DNA from: the human T2T-CHM13v2.0 reference genome, Homo sapiens
Length of the DNA stretch: 64,000 nucleotides
Direction: 5' to 3' (one strand)
NCBI RefSeq assembly: GCF_009914755.1
Contig: NC_060933.1
Below the pieces are notes generated by a model. It worked only from the letters and a program-made list of their open reading frames with translations, did not search any database and was not told the origin of the DNA. Position numbers and translations under genes: made by a program. Below, in pieces: positions 38,986 to 52,050 of the stretch (position 1 is its first letter; every line of letters begins with the position of its first letter).

Positions 38986-39679
38986 TACGGCAGAGGCTGC
39001 TAGAGGGCCCCCTAATATCCATGCTCCCCTTGTTTCATAACAACAGAATCTAGCTGCCCAGAATAGAGGGTACATTCTTCAGCTTCCCTTGCAGCTAGGT
39101 GTGGCCATGTGACTTAATTCTAGTGAATGGACGCAAACACAGGTGTTGAGTGGAAACTTTCACAAACCTCTCTGAAGATACAGTTGTTTGTTGGGTATCG
39201 TCTGCCCTTTCCTCCCTGCCTTCCTCCATAATTCTGTGACAAACATGGATATGATGGCTAGAGTTTCTCCTTGGACCTTGAAGTCAAAGGGCACATCATA
39301 GAGATGGTGGAGGGATGAATTGGAAAGAGCTGGGTGCTATCACATGACCAATGGTATGACCACCACTTGATTGGGAGGTAAGTGGCAGGTAAGGGTTGAG
39401 ATTAGTTGTCAATCTAATCATCCCTTGCCTCCACACCACCTCAGGTAAAAGATCTGGAAACTTGGAAAGATCTCAGCCACCAGGCTGATGACTTCAATGC
39501 TAGAAGAATGATACTTTGTTATTGGACATCTCTTTAGAATTGCTCTTCCTGGTTTCTTTCATGGGCAACAAGTCCAGCCACTAGCAGCCGTGGACTTTCA
39601 AGTGAACAAGAAATAAGCTTTCACCCCATTTAAGCTACTCTGTAAGCACTCTCAGCTGTGCCTAATCATAACTGAGACC
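38986..39679 (+). mobile_element. MLT1J-like solo LTR interrupted by a duplicated segment (39339-39568)
   Basis: 'cagcttcccttgcagctaggtgtggccatgtgacttaattct...ggaaagagctgggt' [insert] 'gcagccgtggact...gaaataagc...tttaagctact...cctaatcataactga'. Confidence 0.8.
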
Positions 39680-39814
39680 AAGTTCCTCTAATTCCTGACA
39701 TGAATTCTACAGGGTGGGAGAACTGAGTCCCAGAAAGGGGATGTCCAAAATTCGTAATTAAAATTGAAAAATTAAATTAAAATATAGCAGGCTTCCCAAC
39801 TTCCAGCTTTCACT

Positions 39815-40640
39815 ATATTCATTCTCCTACTCAATAAACTTTTCTTGAACACAAACACTGTATCAGGCAGTAAACAGGTACTGAGTAAACAGAGCTGAGT
39901 AAATCAGGTTACTCTTGTCGGGAGCTCACGATCAAGAGAACAAATAGTAAAATTACAGTCTGAGAAGTGTTATACACATGCACGCACACGTGCACACGCA
40001 CACACAAGGTAATGTAGGAACCCAAAAGAGGGAGGAGCATCTAACTGCTCTCAGGAGAGAATTCACAAGGGAGGCAACACTGGAGCTAAATCCTTAAGAA
40101 AGAATAGGAGTTTTCCAGTTGTGGAAGGGGGAAATGGCATTTTAGGCAAAAGTATGCAGGCCAGAGAGAACATGGAACAGGTGCTAGGCATAATAATGTC
40201 CTCCTAGAGATGTCCAAGTCTTAATCACCAGAAGCTGTGAATACATTGCCTTCCACAGGAAGTGGGGATTAAGGTTGCAGATGGAATCAGGGTTGCCAGT
40301 CAGCTGGCTCTGAAATGGGCAGATTAGCCTCAATTATTCAGGTGGGTCTAATATATAATCACAAGGGTCCTTAAAGCAAAGGAGGAAGCCAAAAGCTGAT
40401 CATGGTTGAAGAGTAGATAAAGTGTATGAAAAGAGGTTGCAGATATGGGGGGGTCCATGACCATAGAGGCTTAAATTTCAAGGCAGACATTTTGAAATGC
40501 ATAGGCAATGGGAAGCTGCTGAAGGATTCTAAGGAACGAGTGAAGTGGTCAGATTGCATCACAAAGAGGTCGCCAACTGGTGCAGAGGAGGAACTGCCAG
40601 AAGGCAGGAAGACTCCTGGAGAAGAAGTTGCAGTGGTCCT
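39815..40640 (-). mobile_element. L2 with a nested MLT1D 5' fragment (+, ~40180-40400)
   Basis: L2 'ataggcaatgggaagctgctgaaggattctaag...ggtcagatt'; MLT1D 'attaaggttgcagatggaatcagggttgc...ataatcacaagggtccttaaa'. Confidence 0.75.
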
Positions 40641-41151
40641 AGTGAGCCCCCCTGGTGAGCTGGGGCCACAGGGGGGCTGCCTCCTCTGGGCCCTTAGGAC
40701 CCATGGGCCCTCCGCACCACAGCACTGGCTGCCAGGGGCCATGTTATGTTCCCCACTCCTTTCCTAGTGTCCTTCTGGAGGCAGCCTCTGCAGTGAAAAG
40801 CCGGACTAGAAGAGAGGTGGGCTTGAGACCTGCTCTACCATTTACTAACTCTGGGGCCTGAACCAAGTTACCTCACCGCTCCGCGCCTCAGCTTCCTCAT
40901 TTGCAAAGCAGTGATGACAATCCTCTTTCAGGGTGCTTGTTTGGCATGACACTTACCAAGCCTCTCCATGCTTCCTATGAATGGCTGCATCATCCCGAAA
41001 TGCTCCCTGCTGAGTAGACTATTCTCCCCGTGCTTTTAAGACTCCCACGTTGATTTCAGGAGGAAGCAACCAAACTGCAGACTTGGCCCTCGAAGCTCTC
41101 TGGAGCTGTGCAGTCTCCGGGCCGGTGTCCTGCACTATTGCTCAGAAGGCT

Positions 41152-41170
41152 GGGCGCCATCTAGAGGGCA
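41152..41170 (-). promoter_or_regulatory. Strong candidate CTCF site
   Basis: Minus strand reads TGCCCTCTAGATGGCGCCC, fitting the core CC(A/T)CTAGATGGCGC; unique, CpG-retaining context. Confidence 0.65.
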
Positions 41171-41689
41171 ACAGCGGCAACAGCCAGAAGGCAAGGAAAG
41201 CCGCAGTGATTCCCAAACATAACCAAAGGGGATGCGGGGAAGCCTGCTTCTGGCTCTGTGGGTGGATTCTATAATAAAATGAAATGTGAGATCATAGAAC
41301 CTTTTAATTCTAGCATGTAGGAATTATGAAATTATAGAAAAATTAACTCTCTAAGCTATAGGGGTGGAGTCTTAGAATCACACAGTCTTTGACTTTTAGA
41401 AATAGAGAATGCAGTATTTCTAGTGTCTTCAGTTCTTATACCCCTGGGTTACCCCTTGCCTCAATAGAGTACAAATTCAAACTTTGAACATTGACACCCG
41501 GATCTCAGCCTCCAACACCTCACCTGCTTGACCGCAGCTCCTCCTTTTCTGACCAGTCACCCCCAGAAACCTTCCAAGGATGGCTCACCACCAGCCTCTA
41601 CTGCCAGAACAAAAGCCCCTTGATGTCAAGGACTATGCCCTTCACCTCCTATCACCGGCACAGGGCCAGGCTCACAGTGGTGCAGGAAG

Positions 41690-41935
41690 GCAGCATGATC
41701 CCACTGTCCTCAACAGCAGAAGCCTATAGGTTCAGATCCCAGCTCCACTACTGGCTAGCTGGAGCATAACTTAACTTCTCTGGGCCCTTTGTTATTTATC
41801 TGTAAAATGGGAAATATCATAGTATCCACCTCACGAGGATATTAGGAGGCTAAGTTAACATAATCTATAGAAAGTACTGAGAAGGATTTCTGATACGTGA
41901 TAAATGCTCGTGATAAATGCTTGGTAAATGTTAAT
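41690..41935 (+). mobile_element. MIR SINE
   Basis: 'ggttcagatcccagctccactactggctag...cttaacttctctgggcc...atctgtaaaatggg'. Confidence 0.8.
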
Positions 41936-41937
41936 GG

Positions 41938-42247
<310 letters not shown>

Positions 42248-42256
42248 AATGATTCT

Positions 42257-42573
<317 letters not shown>

Positions 42574-43821
42574 CAATGGTTCTTGATTATCATTAAAGTT
42601 GGGTTGAACTCTATGGGCAATATGGCAGCAAGGTGCCTTAGTTCGGAGACCTGACCAAACAGTGAGGGAAGCAAACAAGCAGGAAGAGGACCATTGGATA
42701 TTGAGCACCCATGTGTGACAGGCGCATGCTAGGTGCCTTGCGTGTGGCTTATTAACTTCTGAAGGCAGGGCTTATGCTGTGTGCCAGCAGCTCAGTGCCC
42801 TGTTCTTGGACATTCTGACGTACCTTCCCTTCTTCTTTCTCTGTCATCTTTTGCTTCTCCATAAAACTTTCTCTGTCCCTCCAGGCTCTGGTAGCTGAGG
42901 GATTATCTCATCTCTCATTAACATAAAGGGAGTTAATGTCCAGCAATTAGCTAAAGCAAAGATAAAGAAAGCTTTCAATTCCTGTGCTGATTCCAATTAG
43001 TCTTGGCTGCCTGGAGTTCTAATCCGAGAAGTTACCCAAGGCCGTGTTGGTGTCCATGCATAAGAGTGCTGAAATAAATTGGTGATGTCTGCCTTGAGAT
43101 TGGTGGGAATGAGTAGCAGTATGTGCGCCTTATACCCACCAGACCTCTTTGTGAAGAGGTCGGAAGATAAACAAGGTTTTGCCACTTACTCTATCACAAG
43201 TGTTTTAATTTTATTCATTAATCACATTTAATCTTCATAACAGTTATGAAGTAGGTGTGTTATCCCTATTATATAGATAAAGCAACTGAGGACCTAAGAG
43301 GTCACTGAAGAATTCATGTGAGTAAATCAAAAGTGTTTGCATTTTAAAGGAAACTTTAAATGGCTTTACTCAAAGGTATGGGGAAATTCTAGGCATCCTA
43401 GCCAGTCGGTGGGAAGAAATGTTGATGCAGAAAGTGTTTCCAATGCTCTGTAGATCACAAGGCATACAGTGTTATCCTCAGTCCTTTACACACCTTTGCT
43501 GAGAATGATTAGAAAATAGGCACAAAAAATGTTAAACTGCAGATGCATCTCACTTTAAGAATATACACACAGTACAGAAGCCCAGAATTCACACTGGCCA
43601 GGTTAAGGGCTGAACCTCCATTGAACAAAAGGATCTCTCTATAGACCAGCTTTCGAAGACATTTGCAGGAGGACCAACTTTGCAGGAGAGTCAGGCCAGT
43701 GGGACAGCACTGGGCCAGCAGACATGAGACCTGGGTTCCAACCTCCCTTTACCAGGAACAAGTTCTTCCCCTTCGTGGCTTTTTGTATCTCCATCCAAAC
43801 CATGAGGAGGTTAAATAAGAA

Positions 43822-44513
43822 CTATTGATCTCAGTATGGGCAACTGTACCTCTAAAGAATGATTTAGATAGTTCCAGGGCAGTTTTGGTTGTCACAACAG
43901 ATAGAAGGGATTCCACTGGAGTTTGGATGCTAGACAGCCTGCGGCAAAAGAGAAGACCGAGCCAATGAAGAACTCGACCACACCCCACTCAATTTTGGGA
44001 TGTTTCACCTGACATATAAATGAAAAGTCTATGTTGTAATTATCTGGGTCTAGATCCTAGTTCCATTTCACACATAGAGAAAGCATTTTTGCATGATTGT
44101 AACATACATGTATATACACTGAATTTTCCTGGATGCCGGTATCATGCAAATCCAGAAGAAATTGTGCTTGTTTGTTCAGATAGCTACTGTTTCAGAAAAT
44201 TACAACTCGAAAGGCCATGCTGTTCGTGTATTTGGGTGGCCAATTCCACACATCCATTTCAGTAACTATCAAGCAATCATCTGTCTGCTATTATGTCTTC
44301 CAGTCTAGTCACATCCACTCATTCACTTATCAACATACATATTATTTTATTATAAATTACTTTGCTTTTTATTTTTCATTGACTTTGCAGTTTGGGCATT
44401 ATATAGATTTTTAAAATGAGATGTCTAGGTGGGTTATATAATTTATGAATCCCATTTCAGGATAATAAAGGTAGCATCACAAAATATTAGTCTGGAAGGT
44501 TTGAGAATTACTA
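43822..44513. mobile_element. MER20B (hAT-Charlie)
   Basis: 'ttttggttgtcacaac', 'taattatctgggtctagatcctag', 'tatacactgaattttcc', 'catattattttattataaattacttt', 'catttcaggataataaagg', end 'ggtttgagaattacta'. Confidence 0.85.
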
Positions 44514-45169
44514 GGTCACATGACCCTTGGGTTCCTTCCAGCCCAGGCAAAGCAGAATTATTATGCAAAGAGAGACATGCCAGAATCACGTGCTACACAT
44601 TACAGGTAGGCGAATGAGAGTAAATTATCTTGTTTTCTACAAATCATCCTCACCCACTAAATATCCCTTAGCCATTCCAGAATGTACAGTAATCTGCCCC
44701 ACTGAATGCATCCTGTCTAATCTCCCAAAAAATAAAATTGCCTGGAATTGAGTTTGGGCACATTTGGTTCAAGAATGCTGCAGCTTCACTAGGTTGGAGC
44801 TGAGCACGTGCTCTTCTAAAATTTATAGTGTAATTGATTTTTTTATAAGCTATTCAGGCCTTATTATTTATTAATCTACCTGTCAAGGTTAATTTAAACT
44901 ACTTCTCAATAAGGCAGTTTGACAACACCTTTGTTTTCCAGATTGACAGCCCTGGTGAATAAAGAGATGGCACAGCGATCCCTCTGCCCTTAACAGACAC
45001 CTCTGGGAAGGAACCTCCAGCAGGGCAGTGCGTTACCCCGCCCTCATTAGGAAATGCAAGAGGCCTCCCATCCTACTGAGTGGGGATAGAATCCAAAGGT
45101 TACCCTTTTGTTTCCAAGTAGGTTGTAGGCCCCAGGACTTGCACCAGCCACCAAGTGACAACTGAGTCC

Positions 45170-45650
45170 TATAATCTGCACAGCTTCAACTACCCTTAGA
45201 TATTCCCTTCCTTGCACATCGTCATGATCTTAATGGTTACTGCCTCCCAAGCTCATGGCAACAGTCTCCTAACTGGTTTCCTTGCCTCTACTTTTGTGTC
45301 TCCCCATTCATCCCAGGTGATCTTTCCAAAATGCAAGTATGACCACGCTACACCTCTGAACAAAGCCCTTCAGTGGTTCCCACAGAACCACTGAATGATT
45401 TCAATCATGTGGGCTTGAAATGCACAGAGTCAAGTTCAAAGTCCTCGATGCCCTGGCCCCTGCCTACTGCTCCAGCCTCATCTCCCATCACCCCTTCTCT
45501 GTCACCTTTTACTTTATGCCCCAACATTATCACTCAGTGTGCTGTTCCTTGCCATCTGCGTCTTTGTAATGCTGTTCCCTCTTCCTAGATCCTGGTCATC
45601 ATCAAAACTCCAGTACGAATGCAGTCACTGCCATTTGCTGTCCTGACTAC
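45170..45650 (+). mobile_element. L2 fragment containing a small templated insertion
   Basis: 'gcaacagtctcctaactggtttccttgcctct...gtgatctttccaaaatgcaag...gcccttcagtggttccc'. Confidence 0.8.
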
Positions 45651-45904
45651 TCCCAAGAGGTGGATCATGTTCTGCCTCAGATTTATGTTCCTGAAATCCA
45701 TGTATATTGAGTTGGTAAGCAACAAATACTTGTCAAGTGTGGACTGTGGGACACATATAGTGCTGAGACCTAAGGATACAACAGAGAACTAGAGAAAACT
45801 TGTACCTGACCTCCCACAACTTATGTCCACACTGTGAGCTCCTTCAAGATAGTTGTTCTAATGCACTTCCCAGCATGGTGCTGATGGAAGTACAAGGAGA
45901 CAAG

Positions 45905-46125
45905 GCCAACATTTATTGAGCACAAGCCACCCTGCTTATACTTCCTTATTTCATATTAGAAACAATGCAACAAAGCTAGCATTTTTGTGTCCCCTTTCAG
46001 AGATGAGCAAACTGGAGTTCAAAGAAGTGAAACAGCTTGCCAATGTTTACTCAACCCATTTGTGGTGAGTCCAGTCTCCAAACACAGGACCGATTCCAAA
46101 GCCTCAACTCTAGTTCCACACTGTA
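45905..46125 (-). mobile_element. MIR SINE
   Basis: 'aacatttattgagca...cagagatgagcaaactggagttcaaagaagtgaaacagcttgcca'. Confidence 0.7.
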
Positions 46126-46296
46126 CTGCTCTCCTGGCACAGAGTTCGGACTTGTTGAATAAATCCCTGATATGCACCAAGTCAAATGCTCTTATTGTGT
46201 GTCTTCAATTTCTTTCACAGTAACAGGATAGGATAGAATGTCTTTGACTTTAATGACATTGAATGGCTGAGTCCACATTCCTGGGTAGATCCGTGA

Positions 46297-46686
<390 letters not shown>

Positions 46687-48377
46687 TCCCTGAGAGACTT
46701 TAGCAGTGATGCTGCAATTGACATTGAATGGGACATTGCATTAACCGTGAGTGAGTAGAATGCTGATCCGATCCAAGTCCTCACTCCTCACCTTCTCAAG
46801 TTCAAAGAATATAAACTTAGTACGACTTTTCACAAGAGAAATTTCTCAAAGCCAACATGATCTCCATGGGCTGAAAGTATAACTAGCAACTGTGCCATAG
46901 GCCTAGGAAAAGGCAAATGCACTGCCCCATCTGACCCGTTGGCCAGAGCAATGCCATTGAAATGGGAGAATCCAGGGCCATAACTTTAAGGAATCTGTGA
47001 AGATATAAAAAGAGAAGAAGATTTTCATTGCTATTCTATTTCTATTTATAAAAAGTAACTGTTGAATATATAAATAAACCCAATTTAAAAATAGGAAACA
47101 TATTTTGAATCATGTGGGCTTGAAATGCGCTGCTAGATTTCACACCTCTCTCATCCAGGCCTTGAGGTGGGAGCACAACATGTAAGTGGAGCAGTTACCT
47201 AACCAGCCCTCACAGCCCAGGGCCCATCTTCCCACCATCATTTTGGACTTGGGCATGGAAGTTAATGGCAATAGAGATAGAAAAGAGGGGGTCAGTAGGA
47301 GAGTGGATCTTGAGCATGTTTATTCAGAAAGGGGGATGTCACATTCTCTCTGTAACCTTGACAGGTCAGTTATGTCATGGACAGGACATCAGCCTAGGCT
47401 GCCATGGCCCGTAATGAAGGAGCATGAATAGGCTCCCTGCCACCCTTTGCTAACTCAACCCAAAGGAGGACTGACGCATTCATCTGAGTGGCAGGACCTG
47501 AAGTTCTGGACCATGTTTCACTAATGACTGGCATAGGTCCCAGCATGTGAAAAGCCTGCCCTCTTCTCCAATATTTCACTTGCATTCACATGCAGAAGGC
47601 CTATTTCCTATTTAATCTTATTTCCTGCTTCATGAACTGCTGAAAGCACCAAGGCTCTGAAAAGCACTCAATCCCCAGTCACCTCCTTACTGTGGCCTTT
47701 TCTTCCATGTTGGCAGCCTGGCCAGGGTTACTGCCCCAGGCAAGGGCTAGGCAGTTGGACCAGCTTAGCACATCCACACTTTAGGGGAAATGTGCTCATG
47801 TGTCTTATGCTTCCAACTGGTCTTTCTTCCCTAACCCTAACCCCAGTCATCAATTTTCTGGATGCAGATAATGAAGTATGACAGAAATAGAGATCCAGGG
47901 CAACTGGAGAAAAGCTTCCTCAAGCCTCCTGTGTGAGGACCTCTTCCACGTTCTTCAGTTTTTACCAGTGCTTTGCACCAGGTTATGAAGAATCACTTCA
48001 CTTTAAAAAAAGTCAAACTCGACTTCTCATTTGTCTATTGATCTTTGTACTAACTTCCCTCAGAATTCCAGAGAGAAGGAGGGTGAATTTCAAATGCTTG
48101 CCATGCACTGCCAGACTAGACTGGGCATGACAATGTCTGACTTTCTACCACCATAGTTTTGGTGGCAACTCCTAAGAACATGAGCGTAGGTTCTAAACAG
48201 CCCATGAAGGTGAAACATCAGCATTCTTTCAGTTGCCATAAAGATCTAAGGCTCCTTCTCCTCCCCATGCCAGAGACCTTGAAGCCTTTTGTGGGTTGGC
48301 TCTGAGAGTGCTTCCTATTGAAGGTCTCAGCTCCAGATAGCTCCTTGATTTAACTTAGAAAGGTAGCAGAGGCTGTG

Positions 48378-48886
48378 TGCCTTAGTTTGCTATGGCTGCC
48401 ATGAAAAAGTACCGTAGGCTGAGTGTCTTAAGCAACATAAATTTACTTTTTCACAGTTTTGGGGCTAAAAGTACAAAATCAAGGCGTTGGCATAATTGGT
48501 TTCATTCTGAGGCCTTTCTCCTTGGTTTATAGATGGTTATCCTCTCCCTGTGTCTTCATGTGGTCTTCCTGCTGTGTGTGATGAATGGTAGGGGTCCTAA
48601 TCTACACTGAAGATTCAGATGACTTAGACCCAGAACTGAACACAAGACTATTGGACTCCAGTGTCCAACCCCTGTTTAGGCTGAGACTTGTAGGGTAAGT
48701 GGCAGTTAAGAAGAATCTCCCCTTTGTATAAGGACACTAGTCAAATTAGATTAGAACCCACCCTAATGACCGCATTTTAACTTAACCTCTTTAAAGAACC
48801 TATCTCCAAACATGGTCACCTTCTAGGTACTGGGAAAGAGAACTTCAACATATAAATTTTGGGAGGACACAATTTGGCCCATAACA
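48378..48886 (-). mobile_element. MLT1A/B solo LTR with a ~110-bp internal insertion
   Basis: 'tgccttagtttgctatggctgcca...tataaggacactagtca...ggacacaatttggcccataaca'; TSD CTGTG/CTGGG. Confidence 0.88.
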
Positions 48887-49459
48887 CTGGGAGTGAAGAA
48901 AATGAGATCCTAGACCCAGTTCTGACATGAGGATAAAGTCTAAAATGCATAAAATGGCAAAGCCCTCTACTACCTTAGTCCTGCCTGTGTCTACACACTC
49001 GCCTCATGTTCCTCTCTCACTCTTTACACACTGCAGACATAGTCTTCTTTTCATCTCTGAATTGAACCAGACTTTGGTCCAGACTTCTTTCCATCTCTGA
49101 ATGGAGCTTTGTCTCTTAAGTTTCAAACACATGGATTCCCTCTGTCCAGCTTCTCTCTCAGCTCAGCTTCTCCCTCACCTGGCTAACTGCCACTCACCCC
49201 TCAAGTCTCAGCCTAAATATCCCCTCCTCAGGGGTCAGACATTTGAGTCCAATAGACCTGGGTTCAGTTCTGGGTCTAAGTCACCTGGATCCTCAGTGGG
49301 GATTAAGGCCCCTGCCTTCCATTCCCACAGGTCCTCACCTCCCCTCAGTAACACTAATAATGCCTGAAGTTGGGCAGTGAGCATTACTGAAAAGATGTCT
49401 CCGTCTGGCTCACTGATTATCACTGCCGATTCAGTCAGGAGAGTCAAGGATATGCCACA

Positions 49460-49778
49460 GAGACAAGCATCACCAAAAATGCAAGGGTTTAACAGAAAAA
49501 ATGGTTTATGTCTCATTCATAGTGCATGGCTCTGTCATCAGGAGACTGCTCGTTGTAGCCCAAGCTGATGAAAGTTCTGCTTTGATGTGTGCTTCCACAA
49601 TCACACACCAGGAGAGCAGAGTTCTGGAGGATCACATGCTGGCAATAAAATATTCCAGTGGGAGCATGTCACACATTGCTTCCATGCACAACTCTTTTGG
49701 CTGGTCTCATGACTGCACCAGGGAGCCAAAAAGTGCAGACTTTCAAGTATTGGTGAACAGCACTAATGATTACCACAA
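49460..49778 (-). mobile_element. Old MLT1 LTR fragment
   Basis: 'gggtttaacagaaaaatggtttatgtctcattca...gtcacacattgcttccatgcacaactcttttggc...ttggtgaacagcactaatgattaccaca'. Confidence 0.6.
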
Positions 49779-50019
49779 TGGCAACTTCCAGAGCACAATG
49801 ATGCTTAATCGAGATATGTTGAATGGTAATAATAACCCTCATTTTTCAAGCACTTACTGTTTTGTGCACTGGGTGGTAATTGTTTTTACTGAATATGGAT
49901 TCATTCTTCCTACAATGGCATACATGTGTCATAATACCACCTAGCTTCATAAAATCCTATGACTCCATAGCCACTTCCTGCTATTATCCCATTTCTCAGT
50001 AAGTTACCTGGAAGCCCAG

Positions 50020-51075
50020 CCTATCCTTGTTATGCCCACTTTCTTACCTCCCTCTCTAATTTTACCCCACTCCAATCAGGCTTATACCCCCGCCTCCATT
50101 GAGATGACTCTTATCAAAGTCATCTCTGGCCCACCTCCAGCCAAACCAGTAGTGAGTTATCTGTCTTCCTCTTGATATTTTGTAGGTTCACTCCCATTGC
50201 TTGAGATATTTTCTTCTCTAGAAATCCTTGGCACCTCACCCTCACTGTGTTCCTCTCACCTCCCTGGCCGTACATGCTCAGCCTCCTCTGCTGGCTCCCA
50301 CACTCGGCCCAACCTCAGAATGCTGCCTGGCCCTAGGATTCTTCCCCACCCTTTTTGTGAGCCCCACTCTCTGGAATCTCCACCACTCCCATGTCTTCAC
50401 CTGATCTTTGTATATGTTAATGACTCTCATGTACATTACAGGATGTTTTCCTAATTCACTGCCCTTCCAGCGTCTCCAACTAGATATCTAATAGGCATCT
50501 AAAATGTAACATGCTTAGATCAGAACTCAATTCCTACACACTCCCGCCACCCCAAGTTGTTCCCATATTAATAAAGGTAGCACTGTCCACTCAGTTTCCC
50601 AAGCCCAACACCTTGAAGTTATCTTAAATTGTTTTCTTGTCCTTAGACTCCATATCCAACCCAAGAGTAGTTTTCTTGGCTCTATCCCCACCATATTGGC
50701 TGAATCCAACCATTTGTCATTATTTCTCTTTTCCAAGCCACAACCAGCCCTTACCTGGAAAATTATCACAATTTCCTGACTTGCCTTAGAACTCTTGAAT
50801 GACTTAACTGTAGCATCCTGAATGAAATCTGCATGCCTTGCTGAGGTCCACAGGGTGCTAAACAACCTGGCCCATGCCCCTGTGCAATCTCACTCTTTCC
50901 ACTCACTCCCATTTTCTCCCATTGCAGCCTCCCTGACCTGCCTGTCTTTCCAGTATCAGGTTCTCCCATCCCCAGGCCCTTTCATGGGCTGTGCGTTCTT
51001 CTCAGAATACTCTCATCCCACAGCTTTTTATGGCAGCTCAAAGCTGTCAAGGAGCTAGCTCAATGTCATTTATCA
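50020..51075 (+). mobile_element. L2 (ORF2 through 3' region)
   Basis: 'cccactccaatcaggctt...actcttatcaaagtca', 'tctccaactagatatctaataggcatct', 'ccactcagtttcccaagcc'. Confidence 0.8.
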
Positions 51076-51609
51076 GAAAGTGTTAGAGCCAAGGTTGGGA
51101 AAAGTTTTGTTCAATTCCCACGCCTCTGTTCTTGCCTTTGCACTGCCTTCCACTAGACAGTGGTGGTGAAGTGCATTAGCTTTGCCTCTCTGCAGTTCCT
51201 TTCAGCATTAAAATTCCATTTTATTCTAAGTGTATCTTTGCAAAGGCCATTAAAAAGGTCATCTGGCATCAAATCTCCTTTCTTAACTTTGGAACTAAGA
51301 AAGTCCTCTGGTGCTTTCTCAGCTGTAAAACAAAGATAATACCTTCCTGTGAGACTTTAAAGAGATGCATGGCAACATATCTAGCACACAGTAGGGACTC
51401 AATATATGCGATCTTCATTTTTTCCCTGATATCATTCACTTATTCTACAAATATCTATAGAGCAATGCTCTGTGCTACATGCTATGGGGGTTACAAATGT
51501 GAACTGGCATAGGATTCTTCTCTTTAGAGACTGAAATTGTCATAGGGGACAGAAAGCATTTGCTCAAATATCTTTAATACAAACTAGGAAGTGCAAGGTG
51601 CTTTGACAC

Positions 51610-52050
51610 TGAAGTTCAACAGAACTATGTTCAGTCCCCAGTCCCCTCTGCCCTGCTGTGTGATGTCAAGGAAGTCACTCAACTTCCTTGAGACTCACTT
51701 TCCTCATCTGTCAAATGAGGTCAACACCAAGACTCAGTATTGTTTACAGGAATTAAACAAGTTGAGATCCATAAAACATAGCAAGTGCTCAATAAATAGA
51801 AGCTGTTAGGATTGTGTTAACTGACATTTACTGAGCACTTACTATGTGCTGAGCATGTTCTTGGTGCTTTACATGTAACAACTCACGGCTCACAGCAACC
51901 CTAATATTAATGTGAGTACACTTACTTCCCTCATTACAGGATAAAGGAATGAAAGCACAGAGGGGTTAAGGGCCTTGGCCAAGGTCTCACAGCAAGTAAG
52001 TGGCCTGCAGTGAGGCTATGGAGTCATGAACCTAACCACTGGACCAGACT
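51610..52050. mobile_element. Tail-to-tail MIR pair (+ 51610-51810, - 51815-52050)
   Basis: Plus copy: 'aagtcactcaacttccttgagactcactttcctcatctgtcaaatgagg'; minus copy: 'aagcacagaggggttaagggccttggccaaggtctcacagc'. Confidence 0.85.
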
